DNA of 64,000 nt from Obrimoposthia wandeli (Eukaryota). Below the pieces are notes generated by a model. The model searched no databases. It was not told where the DNA came from and was given only the letters and a program-made list of their open reading frames with translations. Below are positions 8,556 to 19,386 of this stretch, piece after piece. The DNA is taken from assembly GCA_977020255.1 (NCBI GenBank), contig CDROCS010003093.1, positions 62,001 to 126,000 on the forward strand, in the 5' to 3' direction. Each line of letters opens with the position of its first letter. Positions within the stretch are counted from its first letter, which is position 1. The position numbers and the translations under genes were made by a program.

Positions 8556-10181
8556 GTGCCATACATTTCAAAAGGTAAATATACAGAGATGTTTTTGAAA
8601 GCATTTTTTAGATTGTTGTTGGCAGTCATCATTCCTCTTTTTATTATTGTATTTCCGATCGATAACCCGATCATATCAAGCCTTAGTATGAGTTTGTGGC
8701 AAGATCGAATTGACGATACTTATAAAGGAACATTTAGCTTAATAGAACAGCGGCTAGCAAAAACGCCAGAGAGCCAATGGTCACAAGCGTTTGAACCCAT
8801 CAGTCACTTATTTCCCTACCCATTATATCTAAAGCCCCGCTCTGAATTCAAAGAACAATCTATACTTTTTAAGTGTTTAAAGGACAGTAAAAATTATTGC
8901 GCACAAGAAGAAGATGATCTAGCCATTGTCTTTAAATCGATAGCTGGCACAAATTGGGTAATAGAGATGTATCTTGATTACCACGAAGAGGATGATATTC
9001 GACTCGGCGCCATAGGAACAGCCAGTCTAATTGCTGAGCATTTTACAAATAGCGATCCACAACAATGGCCAAAGATACTAGCAGGCATTCAAAAGGATTT
9101 TGGCTTTGATATCAAAATCATAAACCCACAAACATTAAATCTTACGCATATTGAGCGCAAACGCTTACAAGCCACTCACTATTTATCCATCTCTGATGAA
9201 GATGATAATATATCAATTTACCACCAGCTACCAAATAATCAGCCTTTGCTATTATTGGGGCCAATACCCTTACTCAATCCAAATTTAACCATTGTTATCG
9301 CTATATTTGGTACGCTATTAATCTCAATATCGCTAGGGTTAATGCTCTTTGTATATCTATTATCCAAAGATATTAAAAAACTCACTCGCGTTGCCACTCA
9401 TTTTGGTAACGGCCATTTATCACACCGATCAAAAGTAAGTAAGAGTGCCGTATTAGGCCCTTTAGCGCGCTCTTTTGACTCCATGGCTGATCGTATTCAA
9501 AGCACTATAACCAGCCAAAGAGATTTAACGAATGCTATTGCCCACGATTTACGAACACCTTTATCACGTTTGAGTTTCGCACTAGAAATGATCGATACTG
9601 AAGACGTTAGCGCATCTGATAAACAACGTTATTGCCAGTCCATGTCGGGATCAATTGATACATTAGACCACTTGATAAAGCAGATGTTAGTACTGGCACG
9701 TTACACTCGAGCAGCCGATATTAATCATTTTAGTCAGTGCAATATATCTCAACTATTACAAACTGAGGTTGAGCTTTACCGGCGCGACTACCCCGCTATA
9801 AACATTGAGCTTGAAATTGACCCAGTTTTATCAAAGATCTTAAGTTTAATAGATAAGCGTGCTGTCTCACGTGCATTAACCAATTTAGTTAACAATGCCT
9901 CACGCTATACAAAAACCACCATTATTATTCGCTTATCATCTACCAGCAATTTAATGTGTATCAGCATTGATGATGACGGCCCGGGAATCCCGATAGAGCA
10001 TAGGCTAAGTGTTTTTAAGCCTTTTACTCAGTTAAATAACGATACCCGAGATAAAGATACTGAACACGGACTAGGGTTGGCAATAGTTGAGCAAATAGCG
10101 CAATGGCACAAAGGCCACGTATCCATTAGTGATGCTAAAATTGGCGGTGCCAGTATTACCTTCTCCTGGCCAAAAAAATAG
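8556..10181 (+). CDS. Membrane sensor histidine kinase (RstB-like)
   Basis: Two TM segments, HAMP, H-box AHDLRTPLSRL, N-box NLVNNA, G1 DDDGPGI and G2 GLGLAIV. ATG 8589 is a possible alternative start. Confidence 0.92.
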   Translation: MPYISKGKYTEMFLKAFFRLLLAVIIPLFIIVFPIDNPIISSLSMSLWQDRIDDTYKGTFSLIEQRLAKTPESQWSQAFEPISHLFPYPLYLKPRSEFKEQSILFKCLKDSKNYCAQEEDDLAIVFKSIAGTNWVIEMYLDYHEEDDIRLGAIGTASLIAEHFTNSDPQQWPKILAGIQKDFGFDIKIINPQTLNLTHIERKRLQATHYLSISDEDDNISIYHQLPNNQPLLLLGPIPLLNPNLTIVIAIFGTLLISISLGLMLFVYLLSKDIKKLTRVATHFGNGHLSHRSKVSKSAVLGPLARSFDSMADRIQSTITSQRDLTNAIAHDLRTPLSRLSFALEMIDTEDVSASDKQRYCQSMSGSIDTLDHLIKQMLVLARYTRAADINHFSQCNISQLLQTEVELYRRDYPAINIELEIDPVLSKILSLIDKRAVSRALTNLVNNASRYTKTTIIIRLSSTSNLMCISIDDDGPGIPIEHRLSVFKPFTQLNNDTRDKDTEHGLGLAIVEQIAQWHKGHVSISDAKIGGASITFSWPKK

Positions 10182-10437
10182 CCAGCTTCATACTTGCTGT
10201 ACTTTCATTGCTCTGGTTTACAATAGTTGGATGAGGCTAAAATACTTAATATGAAAAGATGCTTGATAGATTTACAATCAATTATAGCTAAGCGTGTATT
10301 TGTTGAGGTAGAATATTTCTTATTAAGATGATTCAGTCGTATCCTAATCATCAAAGCCACTCCCCTAGCCTGCATTTTTCATAACATGTTAATATTTGCA
10401 CAAGGGGCCTTTATCCTACCATTGATGGCGATGCACT

Positions 10438-11493
10438 ATGTCCAACTTGTTTACGCAACTACTCAACGAACGCCCTTATTTAATAACTGATGGCGCACTC
10501 GGCACTAACCTCTTCTTAATGGGTTTACAAACAGGTGACGCGCCTGAATTGTGGAATATAGATTATCCAGAAAAAATAGCGGACTTAGCACAGCGCTTTA
10601 TCGATGCAGGTTCAGATATTCTATTAACTAACAGCTTTGGTGGCACTCGCTATCGACTTAAACTGCATAATGCCCAAGAGCGTGTCGCAGAGTTGAATAT
10701 TGCAGCGGCTAGTATTTTAAAGCAATTAGCCCAAGCCTCAGAACGTGACGTTGTTGTAGCAGGTTCTATGGGCCCCACGGGTGAAATTTTAGAACCGGCA
10801 GGCACTTTGACCTACGAGCAAGCATTTGTAGCGTTTAAAGAACAAGCCGAGGCACTAAAAGAAGGGGGAGTTGATGTATTGTGGATTGAGACGATATCTG
10901 ACTCCAGCGAAGCTAAAGCGGCCTGTGAAGCTGCGGCAACAACCGGCTTGCCTGTCGTGTACACCATGAGCATAGACACTAACGGGCGTACAATGATGGG
11001 TGTCACCCCTTCTGAGTTAATTGCTTTAAACAGTGAACTAACACACAGCGCTAGCGCTTGTGGCACTAACTGTGGCATAGGTGCATCGGAAGTAGTCGCT
11101 GCCATCATGAACATGAAAATTGCGGCACAACAGCAGCACATTGAACCAGTATTAGTGGCGAAAGCTAACTGTGGTATTCCTGAATATGTCGAGGGCAAAA
11201 TAGTCTATTCAGGCACCCCTGAATTAATGGCTGATTACGCAAGGCTTGTTTACGATGCCGGTGCTAATATCATAGGTGGATGCTGTGGTACAACGCCTGA
11301 GCACATCGCCGTTATGCGAGAAGCACTGGCAACTCATCAACGAGCAAGTACTCCTGATATGCAAGCGATCGAAAAAATATTAGGCCCTGTAACAACAGGT
11401 GCTAAAGCGCAACTCGGTGGCGATTTAAGTGTCTCTGGAGGCTCTTTAAGTGGCGGTGCTCGTGAAAGACGCACCCGCCGTTCACGAAAGTAG
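10438..11493 (+). CDS. bmt: Betaine-homocysteine S-methyltransferase / stand-alone Hcy-binding domain (Bmt type)
   Basis: DGALGT, AGSDILLTNSFGG, AGSMGPTG, and Zn ligands GTNCG and GGCCGTTPEHI. It has no pterin or cobalamin domains. Confidence 0.8.
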   Translation: MSNLFTQLLNERPYLITDGALGTNLFLMGLQTGDAPELWNIDYPEKIADLAQRFIDAGSDILLTNSFGGTRYRLKLHNAQERVAELNIAAASILKQLAQASERDVVVAGSMGPTGEILEPAGTLTYEQAFVAFKEQAEALKEGGVDVLWIETISDSSEAKAACEAAATTGLPVVYTMSIDTNGRTMMGVTPSELIALNSELTHSASACGTNCGIGASEVVAAIMNMKIAAQQQHIEPVLVAKANCGIPEYVEGKIVYSGTPELMADYARLVYDAGANIIGGCCGTTPEHIAVMREALATHQRASTPDMQAIEKILGPVTTGAKAQLGGDLSVSGGSLSGGARERRTRRSRK

Positions 11494-11503
11494 TACACGC
11501 ATT

Positions 11504-11848
11504 ATGATCTTGCGATATACCCTATATTTCAGCCTATCTTTTAGCATCGTATTGCTAGCTGGCTGTGATACGGTATATCAACCATTAGGTTGGGATGGTG
11601 GTTATGAAGATAAACCGCTATCCACCAACCGGCACTGGATAAAATACCAAGGTAACTCTACAACGCCTCACGAATGGGTTTTACAAAGTTGGCATAAAAG
11701 GGCAAAGCAGCTGTGTGCAAATGGTTACCAGACAATCGCAGTTAAAAGTATTAAAGCTAGCGCCAAACACTCCAAAATCATAGACTTACCTCTGCAGCGA
11801 CAAAACCCCATTGTAGAAGGTCTCATTCTCTGCCAAGGCATTAAATGA
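11504..11848 (+). CDS. Small outer-membrane lipoprotein (CC0125/CC1285-like)
   Basis: Signal peptide with lipobox LAGC, followed by YQPLGWDGGY..YQGNSTT..RAKQLC. Start placed at ATG 11504 rather than the track's 11450. Confidence 0.65.
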   Translation: MILRYTLYFSLSFSIVLLAGCDTVYQPLGWDGGYEDKPLSTNRHWIKYQGNSTTPHEWVLQSWHKRAKQLCANGYQTIAVKSIKASAKHSKIIDLPLQRQNPIVEGLILCQGIK

Positions 11849-12133
11849 GCCGTTTGTCAGCGGCTATTAATACTTAACTGCTTATCCCTACACTTACTTC
11901 AGTATCTCTTCAACACTTGATTCAGCGCTTGAGTTATCACTTAAGTTAACACACTAAATTCTGCTCATTTGCATCTAATACTCAATGACTCTACGTATAT
12001 GCAATTAAGAGCATACATCTTTTGATATCCATCTAAATCAATATTGCCGCTAGATTTGGTTCAAGAATAAAGAATCTCATATAAAGTTTTGCTATTATCC
12101 ACTCACACTTCATTGTTATTCGGTTGGTTTTTT

Positions 12134-14341
12134 ATGTCTAAATTTATAAGTGCCTTTTTTATATTTACTCTTTTGGCATTAAGCACATCTAATCTTTACG
12201 CCAATCATACGGATGCCTTTAAACAAGAGCGCCAGCAAAGCGAAGATAATTACAGCTATAAAAACTCAGAAATGGCTCGATTTGTCATTTTAAAACAAGC
12301 GAAAGATCGCAAGAACGAACTTATCAAAAGCCTTAATGACTGGCATACCCAACAAGATAGAATTATCCATAACATGACCAACGACAGAGGTTGGGATGGT
12401 GTTTTATCGCTACTTGCCACTTTCGCATTAATGATAATCAGTGCATTGCTGATTGAAAAAACAGTCAGTTTCAAACTCAATAACATTTGTAACCGCCTCT
12501 GGGAGCAGAAAAAAGATACTTGGGGAGATAACCTCAAACTATTATTAGTTAGAGGCGCCTTTCAATTTTTGGGATTAGGTATTTTCACCGTTGTCGCAGG
12601 GGCTATTGCCACTTACTTCTTTGACGAAGAAGACCCCTTTAGAGTCCTCAGCTTATTTTCACTCATCTTAGTGGTAAAGATTCGCGCTTTATCTATTATA
12701 TTAAGGCTGATCCTAGCCCCTTACGCCAAAGGCCAACGGTTATTGATAATGCGCTGCCATTCAGCTAGGCGCCTATATTTTTCAATTTTACTGTTCCTCT
12801 CCCTCTATCTGACTATTACAACTATCTGGAGAGTACTGGGCATATTTACTCTCGAACCTATCATGTTTGCCTTAATAGTCCCTTTGAGCGGTTTGTTACT
12901 AAATGTCAGTTCAATTGCATTTGTCTGGTATAACCATAAAGTGATCACCCGTATGTTTACCACATCTGACGTACGCAGCTCGAGTTTTACTCAGCTTTTT
13001 AGCCAAGTTTGGCCCACCTTAATTACATTCTGGTTATTAGTAATATGGACTATTTGGGCTGCGAACGAGTTTTTAGGTAATTACGCACAAGCGGAACAAT
13101 TGGCACCTGCTTGGTGGCTCACGTTTAGTTTTCCTATTTTAGATCGAGTCATCTTTGTTATTTTATCGCAGCTTAAAAGAATATCTTGGTTAAAAAGCCA
13201 CTCTTATGAACAGCGCTGTGACATTTTTATCCAACGTGTTCTGATTGCTATACGGATCATTTTATTCGTGATTATCGTCTATTTAGTTGACAGTAGTTTT
13301 GGTTACAATGCTTGGGAAATGTTGGCAACCAAATTTGGTGGCTTCTTAAAAAGCTCCGTTGATGTGTTAATTGTCATTATTTTTGCCTATGCCGTTTGGG
13401 AAATCATACAGTCAGCTATTGAGCGACACCTACCCTATGATGTGGTCTGTGCAGATAACGATGACGGCTTAGCCTCACTTGAAGGTGACGGCGGTGGCGC
13501 CGGGGCTTCACGCTCAGAAACCTTACTACCATTAGTGCGCTCTTTCTTATTAGTCTTCTTACTACTTGGCGTTTCTCTCACAATATTGAACATCATAGGT
13601 GTTGAAATAGCACCATTGTTAGCCGGTGCCGGTATTATTGGTATAGCCGTAGGCTTTGGGGCTCAAAAATTAGTACAAGATGTCCTTTCAGGTATCTTTT
13701 TCCTACTAGATGATGCGTTTCGCCGCGGCGAATACATAGAAGCTGCAGATTTAAGAGGGACTGTTGAGCGCATTTCAATTCGTTCCATCCGCTTACGCCA
13801 TCATTTAGGTGCAGTGCAAACTATCCCCTTTAGCGAAATAGCGACCGTAAGAAATTTATCGCGCGACTGGATAACAATGAAGCTCGAGTTTAGGCTAGAT
13901 TATAAAACTGACGTCGAAAAGGTGCGCAAACTGATAAAAAAAGTGGGTCAAAAGATGCTCGAACATCCCGAATACGGACAGCACTTTTTACTACCTTTAA
14001 AATCACAAGGTGTTATCAGAGTCGAAGAGTCGGCACTTATCTTTAGAATGAAATTCACCTGTATCCCCGGTGAGCAATGGGTGATTAGGCGTGAGGCATT
14101 TCGTCTAGTCAAAGACTCTCTTAAAGATAACGGTATTGAATTCGCCCATCGTTCAGTACATGTTTTAATGCAAGAAGCTGGCGCTAAAGAGACTTCTTTG
14201 GTAGAGACTCCTTTAAAAGAAAACTTCAAAGAAATGCTTGAACAAGACAGCGTACTACAAGCTAAAATAGCAGGTGGTGCGGCGTCAGATATTAACACCA
14301 GCATTAAGAAACATGACAAAATGGATCCTGATTTTGATTAA
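12134..14341 (+). CDS. Large MscS-family mechanosensitive channel with extended N-terminal membrane region
   Basis: APLLAGAGIIGIAVGFGAQKLVQDVLSG, GTVERISIRSIRLR and IPFSEI motifs; many TM helices upstream. ATG 12134 is preferred over TTG 12089. Confidence 0.9.
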   Translation: MSKFISAFFIFTLLALSTSNLYANHTDAFKQERQQSEDNYSYKNSEMARFVILKQAKDRKNELIKSLNDWHTQQDRIIHNMTNDRGWDGVLSLLATFALMIISALLIEKTVSFKLNNICNRLWEQKKDTWGDNLKLLLVRGAFQFLGLGIFTVVAGAIATYFFDEEDPFRVLSLFSLILVVKIRALSIILRLILAPYAKGQRLLIMRCHSARRLYFSILLFLSLYLTITTIWRVLGIFTLEPIMFALIVPLSGLLLNVSSIAFVWYNHKVITRMFTTSDVRSSSFTQLFSQVWPTLITFWLLVIWTIWAANEFLGNYAQAEQLAPAWWLTFSFPILDRVIFVILSQLKRISWLKSHSYEQRCDIFIQRVLIAIRIILFVIIVYLVDSSFGYNAWEMLATKFGGFLKSSVDVLIVIIFAYAVWEIIQSAIERHLPYDVVCADNDDGLASLEGDGGGAGASRSETLLPLVRSFLLVFLLLGVSLTILNIIGVEIAPLLAGAGIIGIAVGFGAQKLVQDVLSGIFFLLDDAFRRGEYIEAADLRGTVERISIRSIRLRHHLGAVQTIPFSEIATVRNLSRDWITMKLEFRLDYKTDVEKVRKLIKKVGQKMLEHPEYGQHFLLPLKSQGVIRVEESALIFRMKFTCIPGEQWVIRREAFRLVKDSLKDNGIEFAHRSVHVLMQEAGAKETSLVETPLKENFKEMLEQDSVLQAKIAGGAASDINTSIKKHDKMDPDFD

Positions 14342-14380
14342 GCGCTCTCAGTTCTTGGATATCAGTATTTTGTCTTATCA

Positions 14381-14412
14381 TTGATAATGCTTTAGCTAAA
14401 AAGCATTATCAA
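14381..14412. terminator. Perfect 13-bp inverted repeat (terminator or operator) between mscS and the first GT
   Basis: TTGATAATGCTTT-agctaa-AAAGCATTATCAA. Confidence 0.45.
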
Positions 14413-14608
14413 AACTAAAAAATAAGTAGTGCATCCTTTATTTAGTCGTGTTTACTGTTATTAACTGAAGCTGTCTTAAGACACTCATACTAAGAGAGAA
14501 AGACTAAGATTTGCAGCATGATGCTTTTAAAGCATCTCGATCTATCTTAGCGAGTATATTTTTGGTAACCTTGGCTCAAATTATAATAATCCCATTAAGA
14601 GAGAATGC

Positions 14609-15787
14609 GTGCGTAGTAAATTAAATAATAGCCGTTTGCTTATTTATAGCCACGATTCTTTTGGCTTAGGCCACCTTCGCCGCTGTCGAACCATTGCTCA
14701 CGAACTAGTGGATCGATATAAAGGCTTGTCTGTACTCATCATGACCGGCTCACCTATTATTGGTCGGTTTGATTTTAAAGCACGTGTGGATTTCATTCGT
14801 ATTCCCGGTGTCATTAAATTACATAATGGTGAATACACATCGCTTGGTTTACACATAGATTTATCTGAAACACTCGCCCTGCGCGAATCTATTATTTTAA
14901 ATACCTCCAAAATGTTCCAACCCGATATCTTTTTAGTAGATAAAGAACCCGGTGGGCTACAAGGTGAGGTAATTAGCACGCTAGAACACTTTAAAGAAAC
15001 CAGTACTCGCTGCATTCTCGGTTTACGAGATATTATGGACTCACCTGAATTACTAAAAAAGGAATGGCAGCAAAAAAACGCACTGCCTTTATTAGAAAAT
15101 TACTACGATGAGTTATGGGTATACGGGCCGCAAGAAATGGGCGATCCACTAACCGGCTTACCTGTACAACAACAAGTGAAAGACAAAACACTCTATACAG
15201 GCTATCTACCTAGACAACTGCCTGAGCAAACAGACACTGAAACAATCAACTTCCCTGACAGACCCTATATTCTAGTCACACCCGGTGGTGGTGGCGATGG
15301 CATTGAAATGATTGATTGGGTGCTACGCGCCTATGAAAACAGTGCTGATTTAATGCCCGCGCTGTTTGTTTTAGGTCCATTTATGCCTGCGACTGAACGC
15401 AATTTATTTTTACAGCGCGCCGAACCACTTGCGCACGTCACTGCCATTACTTTTAGCAACCATTTAGAGCACCTAATGGAACAAGCAGAAGCGGTGGTTG
15501 CAATGGGTGGTTATAACACTTTTTGTGAAATACTCTCTTTTGATAAAGCAGCACTTATCCTGCCCCGCAGTAAGCCTCGTCAAGAACAACTAATTCGAGC
15601 GAGAAATGCAGCAAATATTGGCTTGTTATCGATGCTAGATTTAACCTCTGAGCGTTTAGTTCAAGATATGATCGATGCGATTGAAAAACTACGAACGCAA
15701 GACAAGCCTAGCGTACAACCGGTTAAGAAACTGCTGAACGGCCTAGATTTTGTAGCCGATAGATTCGGTGAATTAGTTGATCACTGA
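14609..15787 (+). CDS. Predicted GT-B glycosyltransferase (COG4671 / GT28-C-like)
   Basis: IYSHDSFGLGHLRR, VTPGGGGDG, MGGYNTFCEILS and LPRSKPRQEQLIRA motifs. Confidence 0.85.
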   Translation: MRSKLNNSRLLIYSHDSFGLGHLRRCRTIAHELVDRYKGLSVLIMTGSPIIGRFDFKARVDFIRIPGVIKLHNGEYTSLGLHIDLSETLALRESIILNTSKMFQPDIFLVDKEPGGLQGEVISTLEHFKETSTRCILGLRDIMDSPELLKKEWQQKNALPLLENYYDELWVYGPQEMGDPLTGLPVQQQVKDKTLYTGYLPRQLPEQTDTETINFPDRPYILVTPGGGGDGIEMIDWVLRAYENSADLMPALFVLGPFMPATERNLFLQRAEPLAHVTAITFSNHLEHLMEQAEAVVAMGGYNTFCEILSFDKAALILPRSKPRQEQLIRARNAANIGLLSMLDLTSERLVQDMIDAIEKLRTQDKPSVQPVKKLLNGLDFVADRFGELVDH

Positions 15788-16156
15788 GTTTTAGAATCAT
15801 CTTTTAGCTTAAAAACATACGCTTGGTAATTTAGACTTTACCTCAATTATCTCTATACATACGAGAGACCGCTTTACCCGCATATAGCAACTATAATCTG
15901 TAAGCGAATCCACACGACTAACCGCCACGTATATTAAGATATATCCTATCCACTCTAAACCCTTGCGCTCTTGTTTTAATAATCAATGATGTGTAGCAAT
16001 TTTAGGTTTGCATCAATTTTGTTATGAAAATTTGAGCCTTTATTGGGTCTGATATTTACCAAGCCCATTAATTGCTAAGTAGTTAACTTTTTCCTGATCG
16101 TCACATTTTTTTACTGTAATATAATCTTTTTTATTAGGCTCTCTAGATTTAAATTT

Positions 16157-17350
16157 ATGTCTACTACACCCCATACTAAAACACCTCGTATCCTGTTCTA
16201 TGTCCAATATTTACTCGGTATAGGGCACGTACAGCGCTCCTCTTTAATTGTGCAGGCTCTTTGCGAGCAAGGTGCTGATGTTCACGTGATTTTTGGTGGC
16301 ATGCCGATACCAAGTATGTCTTTTAATAAGGCTGTGATGCATCAACTGACGCCAATAAAAAGTGCAGATGCGGGTTTTAGTGGATTAGTAAAAGCAGATG
16401 GATCTGAATTTAGCTTAGACGATAAACAACAAAGAACCGAGCAGTTACTTACGCTGTGTGATCAACTAAAACCTGATCTAATAGTGACTGAAACCTACCC
16501 TTTTGGTCGTCGCCAAATGCGTTTTGAACTACTCCCTTTGCTCAATTGGGTTAAAACTCAAGCTAAACCACCGGTTTTAGTCGCATCCATACGCGATATA
16601 CTACAAAGGCGCAGCCCGAAACGTGAACAAGAGTGTTTGGAGATTATCAATGATAATTATCAGTACGTTTTAGTACATGGCGACAAAACCTTCTTTCCAC
16701 TTGAAAAGAGCTTTCCACCCGCCAGCCAAATCAGCGACAAATTAAGTTATTCTGGCTATGTTTGTCCAAAAATGGCAGCGATAGAACCATCACCGTTGTT
16801 AGCCACAAAAGATAAAATCGTTGTCTCTATTGGTGGGGGTAGTGTCGGTAAAGAAATCCTTAGTGCCGCATTAGCGCTTTATCAATCTGGTTTTGCTAGT
16901 CACTTACAATGGCTGTTAATCACAGGCCCTAATATGGCCCCTGCCGATAAACAGTTTTTTAAAGCGCACAGTCAAAAAAACTTAGAGATTTGCGAGCTAG
17001 CGGGTGACTTTTTAACTGAACTAAGTAATGCTTACGTGTCTATATCTATGGCGGGCTATAACACCGTAATGGACTTGTTATTAACCCAAGTACCTGCTGT
17101 CGTTATCCCTTTTGAGGGCACAGGTGAGACAGAGCAAATGGCACGTAGCCAAGTACTCGCTGCGGGTAAAGTATTAACAATTGTAACCAATTGCGATTTA
17201 AACATAGTATCGTTAAAAGAGGCTATTATCCTAGCCACTAACCAGCAACGTGAATCCATTGTTATCAATAATAAAGGCGCACAAAACAGCGCTGAATTAT
17301 TAATAGATTGGTCTATCAATAGCGCAAATAAAGAGGAAGTTGATGTCTAG
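16157..17350 (+). CDS. Second predicted COG4671 / GT28-C-like glycosyltransferase
   Basis: FYVQYLLGIGH, ETYPFGRRQMRFEL, VSIGGGSVG, SMAGYNTVMD and GETEQ motifs. Confidence 0.85.
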   Translation: MSTTPHTKTPRILFYVQYLLGIGHVQRSSLIVQALCEQGADVHVIFGGMPIPSMSFNKAVMHQLTPIKSADAGFSGLVKADGSEFSLDDKQQRTEQLLTLCDQLKPDLIVTETYPFGRRQMRFELLPLLNWVKTQAKPPVLVASIRDILQRRSPKREQECLEIINDNYQYVLVHGDKTFFPLEKSFPPASQISDKLSYSGYVCPKMAAIEPSPLLATKDKIVVSIGGGSVGKEILSAALALYQSGFASHLQWLLITGPNMAPADKQFFKAHSQKNLEICELAGDFLTELSNAYVSISMAGYNTVMDLLLTQVPAVVIPFEGTGETEQMARSQVLAAGKVLTIVTNCDLNIVSLKEAIILATNQQRESIVINNKGAQNSAELLIDWSINSANKEEVDV

Positions 17351-18110
17351 TTGGTCTTTACTAAAAGAAGAAATACAGCAATGGCAGCAGCCTATTCAAT
17401 TATGGTGGCGCGACGATGATGCGATAGCAGACTCACAAGCGCTACAATCTATGCTAGCACTTGCCCAAAAATTTCGTATTGCGGTGCACTTAGCAGTTAT
17501 CCCCAGCCAACTACAAAGCAGTTTAAGTGTATTGCAAACACTCGATAACAAGCCGTTTAGCTTTGTCTTGCAGCACGGGGTAGAACATAAAAGTTACGCG
17601 CTTGCCAACCAGCGTAAAATAGAACTTGGCGGTTCACAAAACACCAAACATTTACAACACGCGCTCGCCACAGGCAGACAACAGTTACAATCAGCCTTTG
17701 CCGATCAATACTTAGATATTTTAGTTCCTCCATGGAATCGCATTGCCGATGATGTCGCTGCAACTCTGCCGGCAATTGGCTATAAAAAGCTTTCGGTTTT
17801 AGGTGGTCCTAAACTAATCGAAGATGGATTCGCACTTAATGTGCATATTGATATTATCAATTGGAAAAACCGCCGCTTTGCTGGTGAAGCGTTAGTATTA
17901 GAAAAAATAGTCACTCACTTGCGCACTAAGCGCTTAAATCTATTGGCTAATAGCGGTGACTTACTGGCTAATAGCCGGCCTTGCGGTATCATGACCCACC
18001 ACTTAGATCATGACATTGAATGCTGGCAGTTTTTAGAGCAATTTTTTGCGTTTTGCCAAGGTTTTTCTAACATTGAATGGCGCAGTGGCAACGATTTATA
18101 TTCTTTATGA
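17343..18110 (+). CDS. Polysaccharide deacetylase-like (NodB-fold) protein
   Basis: LWWRDDDA, LAVIP, LQHGVEH, LVPPWNRI and GIMTHHL motifs; overlaps the upstream GT stop (translational coupling). Confidence 0.75.
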   Translation: MSSWSLLKEEIQQWQQPIQLWWRDDDAIADSQALQSMLALAQKFRIAVHLAVIPSQLQSSLSVLQTLDNKPFSFVLQHGVEHKSYALANQRKIELGGSQNTKHLQHALATGRQQLQSAFADQYLDILVPPWNRIADDVAATLPAIGYKKLSVLGGPKLIEDGFALNVHIDIINWKNRRFAGEALVLEKIVTHLRTKRLNLLANSGDLLANSRPCGIMTHHLDHDIECWQFLEQFFAFCQGFSNIEWRSGNDLYSL

Positions 18111-18153
18111 CATATTTAGCACGATACAAGCACATAACAACTGAAGGCTTATT

Positions 18154-19386
18154 TTGAAGAAAATTGCATTAGTATTAAAAGGTTACCCTCGTCTTTCTGA
18201 AACATTTATCGCACAGGAAATTCGAGCATTAGAACTGCGTGGCTTTGACATTACACTGGTATCACTTCGTCACCCAACAGATACCAGTACTCACCCTATC
18301 CATCAACAGATTAATGCGCGTGTAATATACCTGCCTGAATACTTACATAAAGAGCCGTTGCGCGTATTAAAAGCATTTTTTAAACTGGTTACCGTTTTTT
18401 CTCTTACTTCTGTGTTTAAACAGTTTTTCGCTGATTTTAAGCGCGACAAGAGCCGTGGCAGAGTACGCCGCTTTGGTCAAAGTTTAGTTTTAGCCGCTGA
18501 AATGCCGGTCGGCGTAAAGCAAATGTACGCACATTTTTTACACACGCCTGCCTCAGTAACGCGTTACGCCGCCTTAATTAACAACTTACCTTGGTCGTGC
18601 TCTGCCCATGCAAAAGACATTTGGACCTCTCAAGAGTGGGATTTAGCTGAAAAGCTACAAGAGCTACAGTGGCTGGCTACCTGTACCGCTGCAAATCATC
18701 AATACTTACAGTCTCTCGCATCACAACCTAACAAAGTGCATTTGGTTTATCACGGTTTAGACTTCAAGCGCTTTGATACGATTGAGCGCGCACCACGTGA
18801 TAGCTTTGACGGTTCGAGCGAGCAAAAATGCGTAAAAATTATTAGTGTGGGTAGAGCCGTCCCTAAAAAGGGCTATGACGATTTATTAACAGCATTAGCA
18901 AAACTACCTAAACATTTACACTGGCACTTTACCCATATTGGGGGTGGTCAGATATTAGAAAGTTTGCAACAACAGGCCATTGAGCTAAACATAGCATCAA
19001 ATATCGAGTGGCTTGGGGCGCAACCTCAATTACAAGTACTGCAAGCTTATCGCGAAAGTGATTTATTTGTATTAGCCAGTAAAATTGTCGCAGATGGCGA
19101 CCGTGATGGCATGCCGAATGTTTTAATGGAAGCACAAAGCCAATCTGTTTGCTGCTTAGCAACCAACATTTCTGGCATCCCTGAATTAATTGACACTCAA
19201 GTCAATGGCGTATTAGTGGACTCTAATGCCCCAGATGCACTGGCAGCTGCTTTAGAAGAACTTATTTGTAACCCTAGTAAGCGAGAAGCACTGGGTCGTG
19301 AAGGGCAAAAACAACTACACCAACGCTTTGATGTAAAAATTGGGATCGACCAATTAGAAAAACTTTTTTGCTCCAACGATGCCTAA
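18154..19386 (+). CDS. GT4 glycosyltransferase (WcaL/AmsK-like)
   Basis: KGYPRLSETFIAQEI, VGRAVPKKG and DGDRDGMPNVLMEA motifs. Confidence 0.9.
   Translation: MKKIALVLKGYPRLSETFIAQEIRALELRGFDITLVSLRHPTDTSTHPIHQQINARVIYLPEYLHKEPLRVLKAFFKLVTVFSLTSVFKQFFADFKRDKSRGRVRRFGQSLVLAAEMPVGVKQMYAHFLHTPASVTRYAALINNLPWSCSAHAKDIWTSQEWDLAEKLQELQWLATCTAANHQYLQSLASQPNKVHLVYHGLDFKRFDTIERAPRDSFDGSSEQKCVKIISVGRAVPKKGYDDLLTALAKLPKHLHWHFTHIGGGQILESLQQQAIELNIASNIEWLGAQPQLQVLQAYRESDLFVLASKIVADGDRDGMPNVLMEAQSQSVCCLATNISGIPELIDTQVNGVLVDSNAPDALAAALEELICNPSKREALGREGQKQLHQRFDVKIGIDQLEKLFCSNDA

Noticed and set aside
10182-10437. Cobalamin or SAM riboswitch upstream of bmt (also checked upstream of the PLP enzyme at 23072-23276)
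   Set aside because: No recognisable conserved aptamer motifs by eye; an Rfam scan would be needed to exclude it fully.
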